A stretch of DNA of 64,000 nucleotides from Diplonema japonicum (lineage: Eukaryota; Protista; Euglenozoa: Diplonemea): the NCBI GenBank assembly GCA_964019335.1, contig OZ025651.1:682001-746000 (forward strand). The letters run 5' to 3'. This document shows, piece by piece, positions 19,941 through 30,588 of this stretch. Below the pieces are notes generated by a model. The model was not told the origin of the DNA, did no database searches, and was given only the letters and a program-made list of their open reading frames with translations. Made by a program: the position numbers and the translations under genes. Positions within the stretch are counted from its first letter, which is position 1; the number at the start of each line of letters is the position of its first letter.

Positions 19941-22811
19941 ATGGACTATGTTGGCCGGCCGCTCACCTGCAAGGTGGTTCCGTTGTTCGGTGAATGTGAC
20001 TGTTTTGCAACACTTCCAGAGCAGGCCGTGGAAGGGCTGAGAAACGAAATGCGGATACGCGGCCCGGGGGTGGTGGTGATCGAGATCGAACACGGGGACA
20101 AGGTAGACTACGTGAGCTGGGGACAGCAGGTGCAGGAGAGAACCGAGGGAGGGAACTGCGTGGGAATCCCATCGCTCATGATGAAGGAGCTCAACCTTGA
20201 AAAGGACACCATGGTGGGCATACGATACTTCATCAAGATACAACAAGCGAAGGAGGTGCATGTGATACCAGCAACAGTCGACGACTCAGAAGTCATAGAA
20301 CACAACCAGACAAGACTCGAAGACCTCATTCTAAGACAGCTGCGCGTAGCATATGAAGGGCAAGTCGTGCCTATATTTGTAAGGCAGGGTTTGCACGTAC
20401 GCATCAAGGTCACGAAGATCACCGCTCCACAGGTCTACCCCACAAAGGTACCTGTCGTCACATTGGGTGACGGGACGGAGCTGATTGTTGAAACCAAGAT
20501 GCGCGACAAGCCCGCAGCCTCCGATGCCAAAAACCCCCCTCAACCCGCCACCCTTCGTGTAGTGTCAACTACCCCCACCGACGGTATTCCAGTGCTACGC
20601 ATCACAAAAGAGACTTTGGAGAAGTTCCATTGGGTGGAAGGCTCATTGATGCCTTGCGTGCCTCACACAGGGATTGCCGCCGTTGCCTGGGGAGGCGCGA
20701 AAACCGACAAAAAGGTGTCAGCGTCTGGGGTCAGGCGACACACATTTAACATAATTGTGAAGCTTCATGAAAACGGGGATCTGGCAGTGAATGAAGCGTC
20801 TGTGAGCTGCAACATCCCCACAGGGTCGTTGGTCCTTGTCGACCCCTCTCTCGAATCGTCGGGGACGCACACAGAGCTTGCTGCTCGCACCACCGTTGCG
20901 AACGTAGCTGGCGACGTTTCCGTTGTGCAGACAGAAGCCTGGCAGGACCTGAAGCGCGCCCTTTCCTTCCAAACCCCGTCAAGCGGCGTGCACTCTGTGT
21001 ACAGCGATGCCCATGCCGCGCGTTCCCTCGGCGGTCTCGCACGGTCGACCTTGATCGTAGGCGGGTCGGGCAGCGGGAAGACAACAGTTCTCGAAGCGGT
21101 GAAAGAGCACGCTTCGATTTACACAGTGCACTTCGCGAAGGAGGACCCCGACACAGCGGACGACCAGAAACAGGAAAAGGCCGCAGAAACCGATAAAGTG
21201 TTGAAACGTTTGGAGAAATCCTTCTTAGAGGCGGCCGTCAACGCACCATCCCTGCTGCTCATCGACGACCTTGACCAGCTGGTCGGTGAAGCACCGGAAC
21301 AAGGCAGAGACCTCAACCTGGAGATGCTTGCCGACACCGTCTGCGAGCTAATGCTGAAGCACGACCAGTCTCCCGCTGTTTCGCACATGGCTGGCGTACT
21401 ACCTCGCGCTGCAAGCAGCGGTGTTACCGTCATCGCCACTGCAACGAACACTGACAAGGTGAACCCGAAGATCTCCCCCATGTTCTCATTCTCCGTGAAA
21501 CTGCCCCTCCCAAACGGCAGTGAACGTGAAGCAATCGCCAGGAAGACTCTTCAGACCGAGGGCTTCAAGCCACACAAGGGTGTGCTCTCCCACTTGGCAA
21601 GGGAGACCAACAACTACACCCCGCGGGATGTTGCAGGACTGTCCTCCAAAGCAGCGCATCAAGCGAGGATCTCGTCAACGGAGAAGACGGTGCTGTGGGA
21701 GCACTACGAGGCTGCCATGTCCGACTTCACACCCGCCTCGCTGTCGGGGATCAACATGTACAAGCCTAGCGACCTGTCGTGGGCTGACGTAGGGGGGCTG
21801 GACGATATTAAGAAGATCTTCAATGAAACGGTGATCCTCCCCACGAAGTATCCCGAGCTGTACGCCAACCTGCCTATTAAAATGCGGTCGGGTGTATTGT
21901 TGTACGGCCCCACGGGGTGCGGGAAGAGCCATGTGATTTCGTGTGCGGTGGCAGAGGCGGGGTTGAACTGTATTCAAGTGTCAGGCCCGGAGCTGTTAAA
22001 TAAGTACATCGGGCAGTCCGAGCAGAGGGTGAGGGAGGTGTTCGAACAGGCACAGGCAGCAGCACCGTGCATATTGTTCTTCGACGAATTCGACTCCATC
22101 GCACCTCAGAGAGGCCACGACAACACAGGGGTGACCGACAGAGTGGTCAACCAACTGCTGTGCCACCTAGACGGGGCTGAGGGACGATCTGGAGTTTATG
22201 TAGTGGCAGCAACGGCAAGACCGGATTTGATTGATAAGGCGCTCCTACGACCTGGTAGGCTGGATGTCTCTGCGTACTGCGGGATGCCTGGCCTGGCGGA
22301 GAGAGAAGCTGTTCTGTGTGCAGCAGGGAGGAAGTTGAAGATTGCGGACGGCGTGAGCATGGCCACACTTGCTGAACAGACGCAAGGGTACACATCGGCA
22401 GACCTTGCTGCGGTGTTGTCCACTGCGCGCTTGCAGTGCATTCAAGAGATCGTCGACACCTCCGCAGCACTTGCCAACATGAACGTGGACGACATTGTCA
22501 CAAAGGAGGCGAAGGAGTCCGCCAACGAGGCGTGGGTGTCCCTGCACGCTGCCCCAGCTGACCGCGATGGTCTTGACTCGTATATATCAGATCTCGGCCT
22601 CACATCGGCCACCGCCACCACGCTCCTCCCTGAGGCAAAACTGCCCATCATCACCGGGCCCATTCTTTCGTCTGCGCTTGGCACGACCAAGGCATCGATT
22701 TCAAAGCAAGACGTGGAGCGCAACACAAACCTTTACAAGAAGTTCCAAGCTTCCCGAAGCAGCTCGACGAGGGACGAGAAGCCCAAGGGGCAAAGGACCA
22801 CAATGGCGTGA
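19941..22811 (+). CDS. PEX1: Peroxisome biogenesis AAA ATPase PEX1
   Basis: PEX1 N-domain PATVDDSEVIEHNQTRLEDLILRQLR. D1 GGSGSGKT/LIDDLD. D2 MRSGVLLYGPTGCGKS, RGHDNTGVTDRVVNQLL and LLRPGRLD. Start set at the ATG after the A-run. Confidence 0.93.
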   Translation: MDYVGRPLTCKVVPLFGECDCFATLPEQAVEGLRNEMRIRGPGVVVIEIEHGDKVDYVSWGQQVQERTEGGNCVGIPSLMMKELNLEKDTMVGIRYFIKIQQAKEVHVIPATVDDSEVIEHNQTRLEDLILRQLRVAYEGQVVPIFVRQGLHVRIKVTKITAPQVYPTKVPVVTLGDGTELIVETKMRDKPAASDAKNPPQPATLRVVSTTPTDGIPVLRITKETLEKFHWVEGSLMPCVPHTGIAAVAWGGAKTDKKVSASGVRRHTFNIIVKLHENGDLAVNEASVSCNIPTGSLVLVDPSLESSGTHTELAARTTVANVAGDVSVVQTEAWQDLKRALSFQTPSSGVHSVYSDAHAARSLGGLARSTLIVGGSGSGKTTVLEAVKEHASIYTVHFAKEDPDTADDQKQEKAAETDKVLKRLEKSFLEAAVNAPSLLLIDDLDQLVGEAPEQGRDLNLEMLADTVCELMLKHDQSPAVSHMAGVLPRAASSGVTVIATATNTDKVNPKISPMFSFSVKLPLPNGSEREAIARKTLQTEGFKPHKGVLSHLARETNNYTPRDVAGLSSKAAHQARISSTEKTVLWEHYEAAMSDFTPASLSGINMYKPSDLSWADVGGLDDIKKIFNETVILPTKYPELYANLPIKMRSGVLLYGPTGCGKSHVISCAVAEAGLNCIQVSGPELLNKYIGQSEQRVREVFEQAQAAAPCILFFDEFDSIAPQRGHDNTGVTDRVVNQLLCHLDGAEGRSGVYVVAATARPDLIDKALLRPGRLDVSAYCGMPGLAEREAVLCAAGRKLKIADGVSMATLAEQTQGYTSADLAAVLSTARLQCIQEIVDTSAALANMNVDDIVTKEAKESANEAWVSLHAAPADRDGLDSYISDLGLTSATATTLLPEAKLPIITGPILSSALGTTKASISKQDVERNTNLYKKFQASRSSSTRDEKPKGQRTTMA

Positions 22812-22912
22812 GTTTATTATTTTTTTTTCTTTCCTCAATCCCCCCCCCCCCCCCCCCCCCGATTTTATTACCCCTCTTTCTCAACCATATCAGGAAGGGG
22901 GGGGGGGGGGAA

Positions 22913-25006
22913 ATGCCGTTCCTCAAAGAAGCAGAAGGAAGCAGCGGTGGGTGGGGCGACAGGATGGTTCTCATCAATCAGCTGCACAAGGAGCACGCCA
23001 TTTCAGACGGCAACGTGGAAGAGCTTTGCTTCGATGATCCCGACCAGGTGATGAAGTACAAGAGAAAACAAGCGGTGCTCAGCTTCCAAGGCGCCAAGAA
23101 AGATGGAAGAGACAAGTTCGACCAGGTCTTCAAGGCCCTGGAACTGAAGGAGGTATCCAAGGTACTGCTCCCTATGAATGGGAAGGAGGAAAAAAAAGAC
23201 CACACGGAAACCGCTGAGAAACCACCTCTGAAACCGACAAAGCATCAGTACAATACAAGAAAGCAAACGAAGATGGCAAAGGACACATCGAAGCCCATAG
23301 AGATAATTATACCGTTGGCACACGACCGGGTTAAAAGCTCTGCTGTCCACACCGACAAGGCACTTCAAGTAGAGTACGCAGCTCGATATTTAGAAAAATT
23401 AGGGGTCAGCCCATCGCCTGTAAATCTACAACTGATCACCAAACACGTCCCGTTATCAGCGTGCAAGATCCAACAGATCTTCCACCCGGGGCTGTCAAAT
23501 CACGACAAGAAGAATTATATAGTGATCAGGCCGAATCAGAAGCATGCCAAAGTAAACATCTCTTCATTATACGACCCTACAACCATCCCCTTTGAGGAGC
23601 TGCCCAAGGATCTTCTCGACAAGGATGACACCAGCAAGGACGGGAAGACGGGAAAGGACAAAAAGGAATCTCAGCTTAGAAGCTTCGAAGAATACAGAGA
23701 AAGCTACTTGTTCCCTTACAACCTGCGAGGGAGACACTCTACAGCCTGCATGAAGGATATCCCCCACAACACGATGCTCCCAGCCACGGGTAGTATAAAC
23801 AGCAACACTATAGAAAACAGAGCACTGTCTTCAACAGTACTTTCAACCACTGTTCCCGGAAAGCCCTACGCTCATCCTGTTGTTGCTGATGATCAACGTG
23901 TGGCCATTACGGAACAGCAATTAAAGCTTCAAGACAGCCTGGTCGGATTGATCAAACGGCGTGCGGAGTTATCTGAAGACGAATTGAACAAACTTCGAGA
24001 AGAGGTTGAATTGAAAGCTGCCGAGGGTGAATTATCTGCATTGGAATACCACCCGGATCTGGACAACGATAGCCCAGCACGTGATCTTCAAACGAAAAAC
24101 ACACCTGTGAAGGATATCAGCACACCTGTCATGACAAAGGAAAGAGAAAGAGGTTTGGACAAGGAACTGGCCAACCCTCCATCTGCATCAACAGGGCACA
24201 TCAGAAACCTACTACAATCATTTGTGGAGGACTTTCCGTTTAAAACACACTGGGGCAACGAGGGGATGAAGGAGAGGTTGATGCACAATTTAGAAGGGCC
24301 CGTCGTTGTCAGCTTTGTCCAGAAATTCATCAGTTTTCTGTATTGGTCTTTTCTGGCCCCGCATGTCGAAGCTGTCGCCATGAAGAGGGAAGCGCAGAAC
24401 TATGACGAAAATTTCGTAGAAGTGTACCAAGACATGTTGGAGATCACCGTTCTGAAAAGGAACAAGCAACATTTTTCGGTTGACCTTCCGGTCACCATCC
24501 TCGCTTTGCGGGTTGTGACGGAGACCATCTTCAAGATTGCGTACCCATTGTGGTCCACGCTCTCTCGTGGGGAACAGCTCCTGTATGAGGTCAACTTGCT
24601 CATCACACAGCTGCTTGACCCAATGAATTATTTTAGCCATATTTCTGCGATTGAGAGTAGCCCGCAAGCGCTCAAAACTCTTCATAAAAAGAAGGTTCCG
24701 CCTCGTATGGGGCTTTCCTTCACGTCACCCATGACCCGTTTTATCATAGGGGATGCGCGGTCGAGGGAGGCGAAGGCGTTGCTCTCCAGCACGCGGAAGA
24801 CCGCGCAGCGTGAATCTGCAATCTTCTCGCAGCTGACGCCCACCGTGCGGGCTAGGCTTTTGTCTATTTTGTCGGGGTACAGGCTGGAACACGGCCCTGG
24901 TGGGCCTGGGGGCAGTAAAAAGCACCGACAGAAACCGCCGCTTTCTCCCATGACACCCCCACCCACTTCCGCTTCGCGGTCCACACGACCAATGCTCAAA
25001 GAATGA
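22913..25006 (+). CDS. Hypothetical protein (~697 aa)
   Basis: Long ORF with coding-like composition and ATG after a G/A-run. Helical C-terminal domain, family not recognised with confidence. Confidence 0.8.
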   Translation: MPFLKEAEGSSGGWGDRMVLINQLHKEHAISDGNVEELCFDDPDQVMKYKRKQAVLSFQGAKKDGRDKFDQVFKALELKEVSKVLLPMNGKEEKKDHTETAEKPPLKPTKHQYNTRKQTKMAKDTSKPIEIIIPLAHDRVKSSAVHTDKALQVEYAARYLEKLGVSPSPVNLQLITKHVPLSACKIQQIFHPGLSNHDKKNYIVIRPNQKHAKVNISSLYDPTTIPFEELPKDLLDKDDTSKDGKTGKDKKESQLRSFEEYRESYLFPYNLRGRHSTACMKDIPHNTMLPATGSINSNTIENRALSSTVLSTTVPGKPYAHPVVADDQRVAITEQQLKLQDSLVGLIKRRAELSEDELNKLREEVELKAAEGELSALEYHPDLDNDSPARDLQTKNTPVKDISTPVMTKERERGLDKELANPPSASTGHIRNLLQSFVEDFPFKTHWGNEGMKERLMHNLEGPVVVSFVQKFISFLYWSFLAPHVEAVAMKREAQNYDENFVEVYQDMLEITVLKRNKQHFSVDLPVTILALRVVTETIFKIAYPLWSTLSRGEQLLYEVNLLITQLLDPMNYFSHISAIESSPQALKTLHKKKVPPRMGLSFTSPMTRFIIGDARSREAKALLSSTRKTAQRESAIFSQLTPTVRARLLSILSGYRLEHGPGGPGGSKKHRQKPPLSPMTPPPTSASRSTRPMLKE

Positions 25007-25386
25007 GAGGGGGAGAAAAAAGTTCCGTTATTTTTCCGAGCAAAAAAAAAAAAAAAGAAGAAGAAGAAGAATTTTTGCAACTAATTTTCTTTTGTGCTTC
25101 TCGAGCAGTTTGTCTTGTCGTGCATACCTCTTCTTCTTTTTTTTTTCCCTCTTTTTTTTTTTTTCTTTCCAGAAAAAGAAAAAAAAGAAAAGAAAAGGGG
25201 AAACAATGCTAATTTTTAAAAAAGAAGGGGAAAAAAAAAAAAAAAGACACCATTCCTTTTACAGGCGTCCTGCCACATACCGCAGGTACCCTTAAATGTC
25301 TCTTTTTTTTTTTTTTTTTATTCTCTTCTCCCCCTCCTGTAAAAGAAAATACAAAAAAAAAAATAAGGGAAAGAAGAAAAGAGAAA

Positions 25387-26208
25387 ATGTTTGGCATTCG
25401 GAAGAAGCTGATGTCAAAGGCGGAGGAGGCCTTGGGGGTGGACCTAGACGGCGACGGCCAATGCGGGGGCGTGGAAGGCATGAGCAGGGACGAGATGATA
25501 CAAACCGCCTTCACCGATGCTCTGGCGGAAGGCGTGGAGAGCGCAGTGGTGACAGCCATGAGGGCTGGTGGCTTCAGCGGCAACAGCAGGGTACGAATCC
25601 CGTGGCCCGAAGAACTGGGGGGCTCGATCGAGCAGGCTGTGCAGAGGTTTCTCCCCGACTACTACGACCGGTTTGTGGCCACACTCAACGAAGCCGCTGA
25701 GAAGGCTTCAGAGACCGCAAGAGAGGTACTACTTGCTGCCATCAGAGGGCTTGACTTATCTACGGCCGTGGACCTTATTAGGTACAAAAAAAAAGAAAAA
25801 AAAGGAAAAATAAATAAATGGCAGGTCGCCAAACCCCCAAGCCTGCACTGATTACTTCAGAAGCACCTCTTGGGCACCCCTTTACGACGGGATGCGTGGT
25901 ATTGTGGAAGAGGCTCTTCACGCCTGCAACGTGACTGCACTGTGGGACGATGTATGATGAGAAGAAGAAAAAAAAATCTTTTTTATGATTAGGTGATGGA
26001 TGCGTACGCACGTCTTCCTAGCGCAGTGAAGTCCATGGCGGGGCTGCCTGAGACGCTTTGCACTGACATTGGTGACTATTCCACCAACAAAGCTGTTCAT
26101 GGGCTGCTCGTGTACGTGGGTGACAAGGAGGTGGGTATTAGAGAAAACCCCATGGGAGCTGTGTCCAGCTTTGTGCAGCAGGTGTTCAACCCTGACTTTT
26201 TTGCATAG
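25387..26208 (+). CDS. DUF4197-family protein (bacterial-type); join(25387..25781,25825..25951,25993..26208)
   Basis: DALAEGVESAV...GGFSGNSRVRIPWP...LNEAAEKA...ACTDYFR...YSTNKAVHGLLVYVGDKEVGIRENP...QQVF follows the DUF4197 pattern across three exons. Confidence 0.85.
25782..25824 (+). other. Intron, 43 nt
   Basis: GTACA...A-rich...GCAG. AG|GT at both junctions. Confidence 0.9.
25952..25992 (+). other. Intron, 41 nt
   Basis: GTATG...TTAG. Contains stop codons, and removal restores the frame. Confidence 0.9.
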
Positions 26209-26227
26209 ATGGAGAGGGGGGAACGGT

Positions 26228-26228
<1 letters not shown>

Positions 26229-26306
<78 letters not shown>
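26229..26306. repeat. Poly(T) homopolymer, ~78 nt
   Basis: Uninterrupted T run 20 nt after the DUF4197 stop codon. Confidence 0.9.
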
Positions 26307-26959
26307 CGGCCTCCCCCTGTACGAGCTGCTTTTAGTAGTAGTTGAAAAAAAATCTTTTTGAGAGAGAGAGAGGAATAAGTGTAAGTTTTCTTTCTTTTTT
26401 CTCTACACACGGACGTATATTTTCTTCTTTTTTTTTTGTTTTTTTCCCCAACAGTGAGCCCCCCCCTTATGCACACTTGAACTTCAACTTTACAGGGCTC
26501 TTCTCTCTTTTTATTTTGTTGTGTTTGTAAAGAGAAAAAAAAAAAGAAGAAAAGTGGGGAATAGAAAAAAAAGGAAAAAAAAAGAAGGGAACAAAAAAAT
26601 CCCCCCAAAAAAAAGTACCTATTCTGTTACACGTTCTTCCAACAGTTTTTTTACAGGTGGGGAAGTTGGGTTAGCTGCAATGGGATTAAAAAAACAATAA
26701 TATGCTGAATTTAGAAAACTTCTTAGAAGAGCTGGGCGTCACTGTCGGAGGAGAACGCAAAAGAGGAAATGGAGAGACTGAAAGGCGTCGATCGCGGGTT
26801 GCAAAGAGAGGTTTACACCTTTGAATATTTCTTCAGGAACTTCTCCCTCCCCCCCTCCCCCGTAATTTCTCTTCTTAAAGACAGCAACAGTACACGTGGA
26901 TCAAAAAAAAAAAAAGAAAAAAAAAAAGAAAAAACCAGCCGATCTATCCGGCAAATTTT

Positions 26960-29125
26960 ATGGCAATTGCGGCTGCCCACGTGACGAAAAAAACAGACAC
27001 AACAACGCATTATTTCGCAACAGAACTGGAGAACAGGCAGCAAATGGAAGTCGCGGAACCCAATCCCAGAACGGAAGACGAGACCCACGGCTCTGATGTA
27101 GAAGACACAATGGAAGAGTCCCCCGCCTCGCCCACAAAAAAAGAAGAAGACACCCCCGAAACGTCAGGCAGCGAGTCAGAACACGATGACAAGGAAAAAA
27201 TCCCGGATTTCAAAAAAGGTGACAAAGTCAAGACCCCTAATGGCGTCGGTACAGTCACAGGCACGCATCGAGGCAGGGTGGGGGTCATGATGGACGATAT
27301 CATAACTGGATACCCTTCGCAAAACATCAGCATGGCAAGCGGCGAAGACGGTTTAGAGGAGAGCCCACGGGTGCAGACAGTTTCAGAAGCAAAAGCTCCT
27401 CCAACACCCCCTGCAAACCCTACACCTACTCCCGAACCCCCTGAACCCGCTCCAGCTGATGAAATCGACGATAGGTACGCGAAACTGCTCAAAGTGAACA
27501 CCGATTTAGAGAAGCAGCTTGTTTCGTTGAAAAAAGCATTGTCTTCGATAAAATCTGCGTCCCCTCAGCGGAGGATCGACCCCAGCGCCACACACACGCA
27601 GCTTACCTTACGCACTGAAGGGCTTGATAGACAAACCCTAATGTACAAAAAGGAAAACGAATTCCTAGCCGCGAAACTGTCCGCTCAAGCAGCGGGACCC
27701 TCTCACCCGGTGCTCCGAACCATGTTAAACGAAAAGGCAGACGAGCTCAAGGAACTGAAGGCGGAAAACAGGCGTCTGGCGTACCAGCTAAAAACGATGG
27801 AGCAGAAGCTCTCCAGCAAAGACAAGTTGGAAGAGGTTTACGAAAAGCGCAGATCAGATTGCAGAGCGGAGATGGATCTGCACAAGATTAAGGTCAAAAA
27901 GATGATCGAGTCCCGCACGAGAGAGCAGGAGACACTGAACTCAACCTCTAAAATCCTCGAGGAGCTACAAGAACAAGTCACACGAGAGCACATACAACCT
28001 ATCGACACAAAGGTGATAAAAGAAACAGAGCTGAAGCTTGAAGACAAGACAAAGCGGATCGGGGTGGTGAACTACCAGACAGCCGTGTTGAAGAAGTCAC
28101 ACAACGCTGAAAAGATGAAGCTGCAAAGGAACATCAAGAATGACGCGAACAAGCTGGCGGCGCTGAAGCGCGAGCTGGAGAAGCTGGAGACCAATCTGCA
28201 GGCGAAGCAGGAGATGCTCACCACCAACCTCCGCATTAACCACGAAGCGAAGCAAGGCACGCTGAGACACACCCACACATCGGGGAACAAACTGCAACCG
28301 CTTCCCGTCATCCCCCATAACAACGGGTCAACCGTGTCTCTGATGAGCAAGCCAACATCCTCGCCCAGTTCGACACCCAACACTTCACACACGCCTCTTT
28401 CGTCTTCTTCGGGTTCAGTGTCGTCACGTGCTGAAGAGCTTCAGGTACTGGGGGGAAAAAAAGAGAAAAAAAAAACACACACACAGCCCTGTCCTCCTAC
28501 GCCCAAAACTCCCAAGACCCCCCTTGGAGCGCCACCTCCAAGCACCGCTCGCAAGCACAATGCTTCTAAACAGCCCGCATCCACGGAGAGCAAGCCCGAC
28601 AGTGAGCCACTCTCGCGCACAAGCAGCTCAGACATAGGGGAGAGACCCAACACGGCTTCTACCGTTGACGATACGAACAAACCCGTTGAAAGGGTTGTAC
28701 AGGAGGAAGCTGAAGAGAAGCCCGTTGAAGAGGATGCAGGGAAGGAAGCTGAAGAGAAGCCTGTTGAAGAGATTGCGGAGAAGGAAACTGAGGAGAAACC
28801 CGTTGAAAAGGATGCAGAGAAGGAAGCTGAAGAGAAGCCTGTTGAGGGAGTTGCGGAGAAGGAAGCTGAAGAGAAGCCCATCGAAGAGGATGACAAAGCC
28901 TCGGAGTCCGCATCTGAGTCGTACGACGAAGAGAAAGCCCGCAAAGTGGAAAAAGAAAACGAAAAAAAAGAAGAGGACGAGCGGGCAGCCTCCGAAGATG
29001 AGGGAGTGTCGAAGGAAGAAGAAACAGAAAAAGAAACGTCTGAGGAAGACAAGAAAGAAGAAGAGAAGACGGGTGAAGAGGAAACTGAAGGTGATGGTGT
29101 CAGTGGTGACACAAAACAAGAATGA
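26960..29125 (+). CDS. Coiled-coil protein with acidic repeat tail (possibly lebercilin-like); join(26960..28444,28487..29125); alternative start 27044
   Basis: Heptad-rich central region, Ser/Pro linker and E/K-rich C-terminus. Start codon uncertain. Confidence 0.75.
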   Translation: MAIAAAHVTKKTDTTTHYFATELENRQQMEVAEPNPRTEDETHGSDVEDTMEESPASPTKKEEDTPETSGSESEHDDKEKIPDFKKGDKVKTPNGVGTVTGTHRGRVGVMMDDIITGYPSQNISMASGEDGLEESPRVQTVSEAKAPPTPPANPTPTPEPPEPAPADEIDDRYAKLLKVNTDLEKQLVSLKKALSSIKSASPQRRIDPSATHTQLTLRTEGLDRQTLMYKKENEFLAAKLSAQAAGPSHPVLRTMLNEKADELKELKAENRRLAYQLKTMEQKLSSKDKLEEVYEKRRSDCRAEMDLHKIKVKKMIESRTREQETLNSTSKILEELQEQVTREHIQPIDTKVIKETELKLEDKTKRIGVVNYQTAVLKKSHNAEKMKLQRNIKNDANKLAALKRELEKLETNLQAKQEMLTTNLRINHEAKQGTLRHTHTSGNKLQPLPVIPHNNGSTVSLMSKPTSSPSSTPNTSHTPLSSSSGSVSSRAEELQVLGGKKEKKKTHTQPCPPTPKTPKTPLGAPPPSTARKHNASKQPASTESKPDSEPLSRTSSSDIGERPNTASTVDDTNKPVERVVQEEAEEKPVEEDAGKEAEEKPVEEIAEKETEEKPVEKDAEKEAEEKPVEGVAEKEAEEKPIEEDDKASESASESYDEEKARKVEKENEKKEEDERAASEDEGVSKEEETEKETSEEDKKEEEKTGEEETEGDGVSGDTKQE
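28445..28486 (+). other. Probable intron, 42 nt, in-frame and stopless
   Basis: CAG|GTACT GGGGGG A-tract ACACACACAG. Same size and composition as the other introns, but not required to keep the frame. Confidence 0.75.
28703..28892 (+). repeat. 39-nt coding tandem repeat, ~5 copies (KEAEEKPVEEDAx)
   Basis: GAAGCTGAAGAGAAGCCYGTTGA recurs every 39 nt. Confidence 0.9.
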
Positions 29126-29460
29126 GAATGCGCCTCCCCTACATCGGCAACCCTTAACGAACTGTCCTTTGCTAGTTTGGAGGGTCGTTGTAGTTTCTTT
29201 ACAGCACGTTGATCGGGCCGTGTGTATAAATCTCAACCCAATGCAAGAGTCCGAGAGAATAGTGGGGAAGGGGACGGCACAATATTGCTCCCCTTCTCTC
29301 CGTCTCTCGTGTGAGATTCCCTCCCCCTTTGGCGTGATTTTTTATCAGGAGTGCTCTTCCCCTTCCCCCCCAGCAAAGTACTTTCCTCCCCTCTCTTTTT
29401 TATTTTTGTGTGCCCACATAGTTTTCTTTCTGGATTTGGTCTTTTTCTTTTTTGCATTGA

Positions 29461-30025
<565 letters not shown>

Positions 30026-30146
30026 AATGGATCGAAAAAAAAGAGGAAGGGAAAAAAAAAAGAAAAGGGTGGGAAGGGGGGGGGGGGGGAATGCCTCGAT
30101 CGTGTCAGTGATGGACGGAAGACGGCTTTTCTTTTTTTTTTGTTAA

Positions 30147-30429
30147 CCCATAAAGGACCGCTATTTTTCGTCTAAAAAGTCGATTTTGAACTTTTCGTTC
30201 AAATACCAAAATAAAATGGCGAGGGTGGAGTTAGAGGGTGCCCACCCCATGATAGCCTTTTAGAGCCGCAGGAGTGAAAAACTTACAGGCAATATAGCGT
30301 TCAGTATAAAAAAAAAGTCGCGCAATAAGGCCCCTCTTTAAAGAGTGGGCATGCAGAGCACTAAAAATGCCTTAGCAGAATTTTAAATTTTTTTTTTTAG
30401 CTGAATATTCAGCTCCGGTCCTTTATGGG
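30147..30429. mobile_element. piggyBac-type MITE, 283 bp
   Basis: TTAA|CCCATAAAGGACCG...CGGTCCTTTATGGG|TTAA: perfect 14-bp TIRs, CCC...GGG ends and a TTAA target duplication. Confidence 0.9.
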
Positions 30430-30454
30430 TTAAGTCATTTTCACTTTTTTTCTT

Positions 30455-30489
<35 letters not shown>

Positions 30490-30588
30490 GCGGTGTCACA
30501 ACACGGAAAAAAATTTTTCTTTTTTTTTTTGTTCGTTGCTCTAACTCCATAAAAGGGCGGGGGGGGAAACCAAAAAAAAAGAAAAAAA

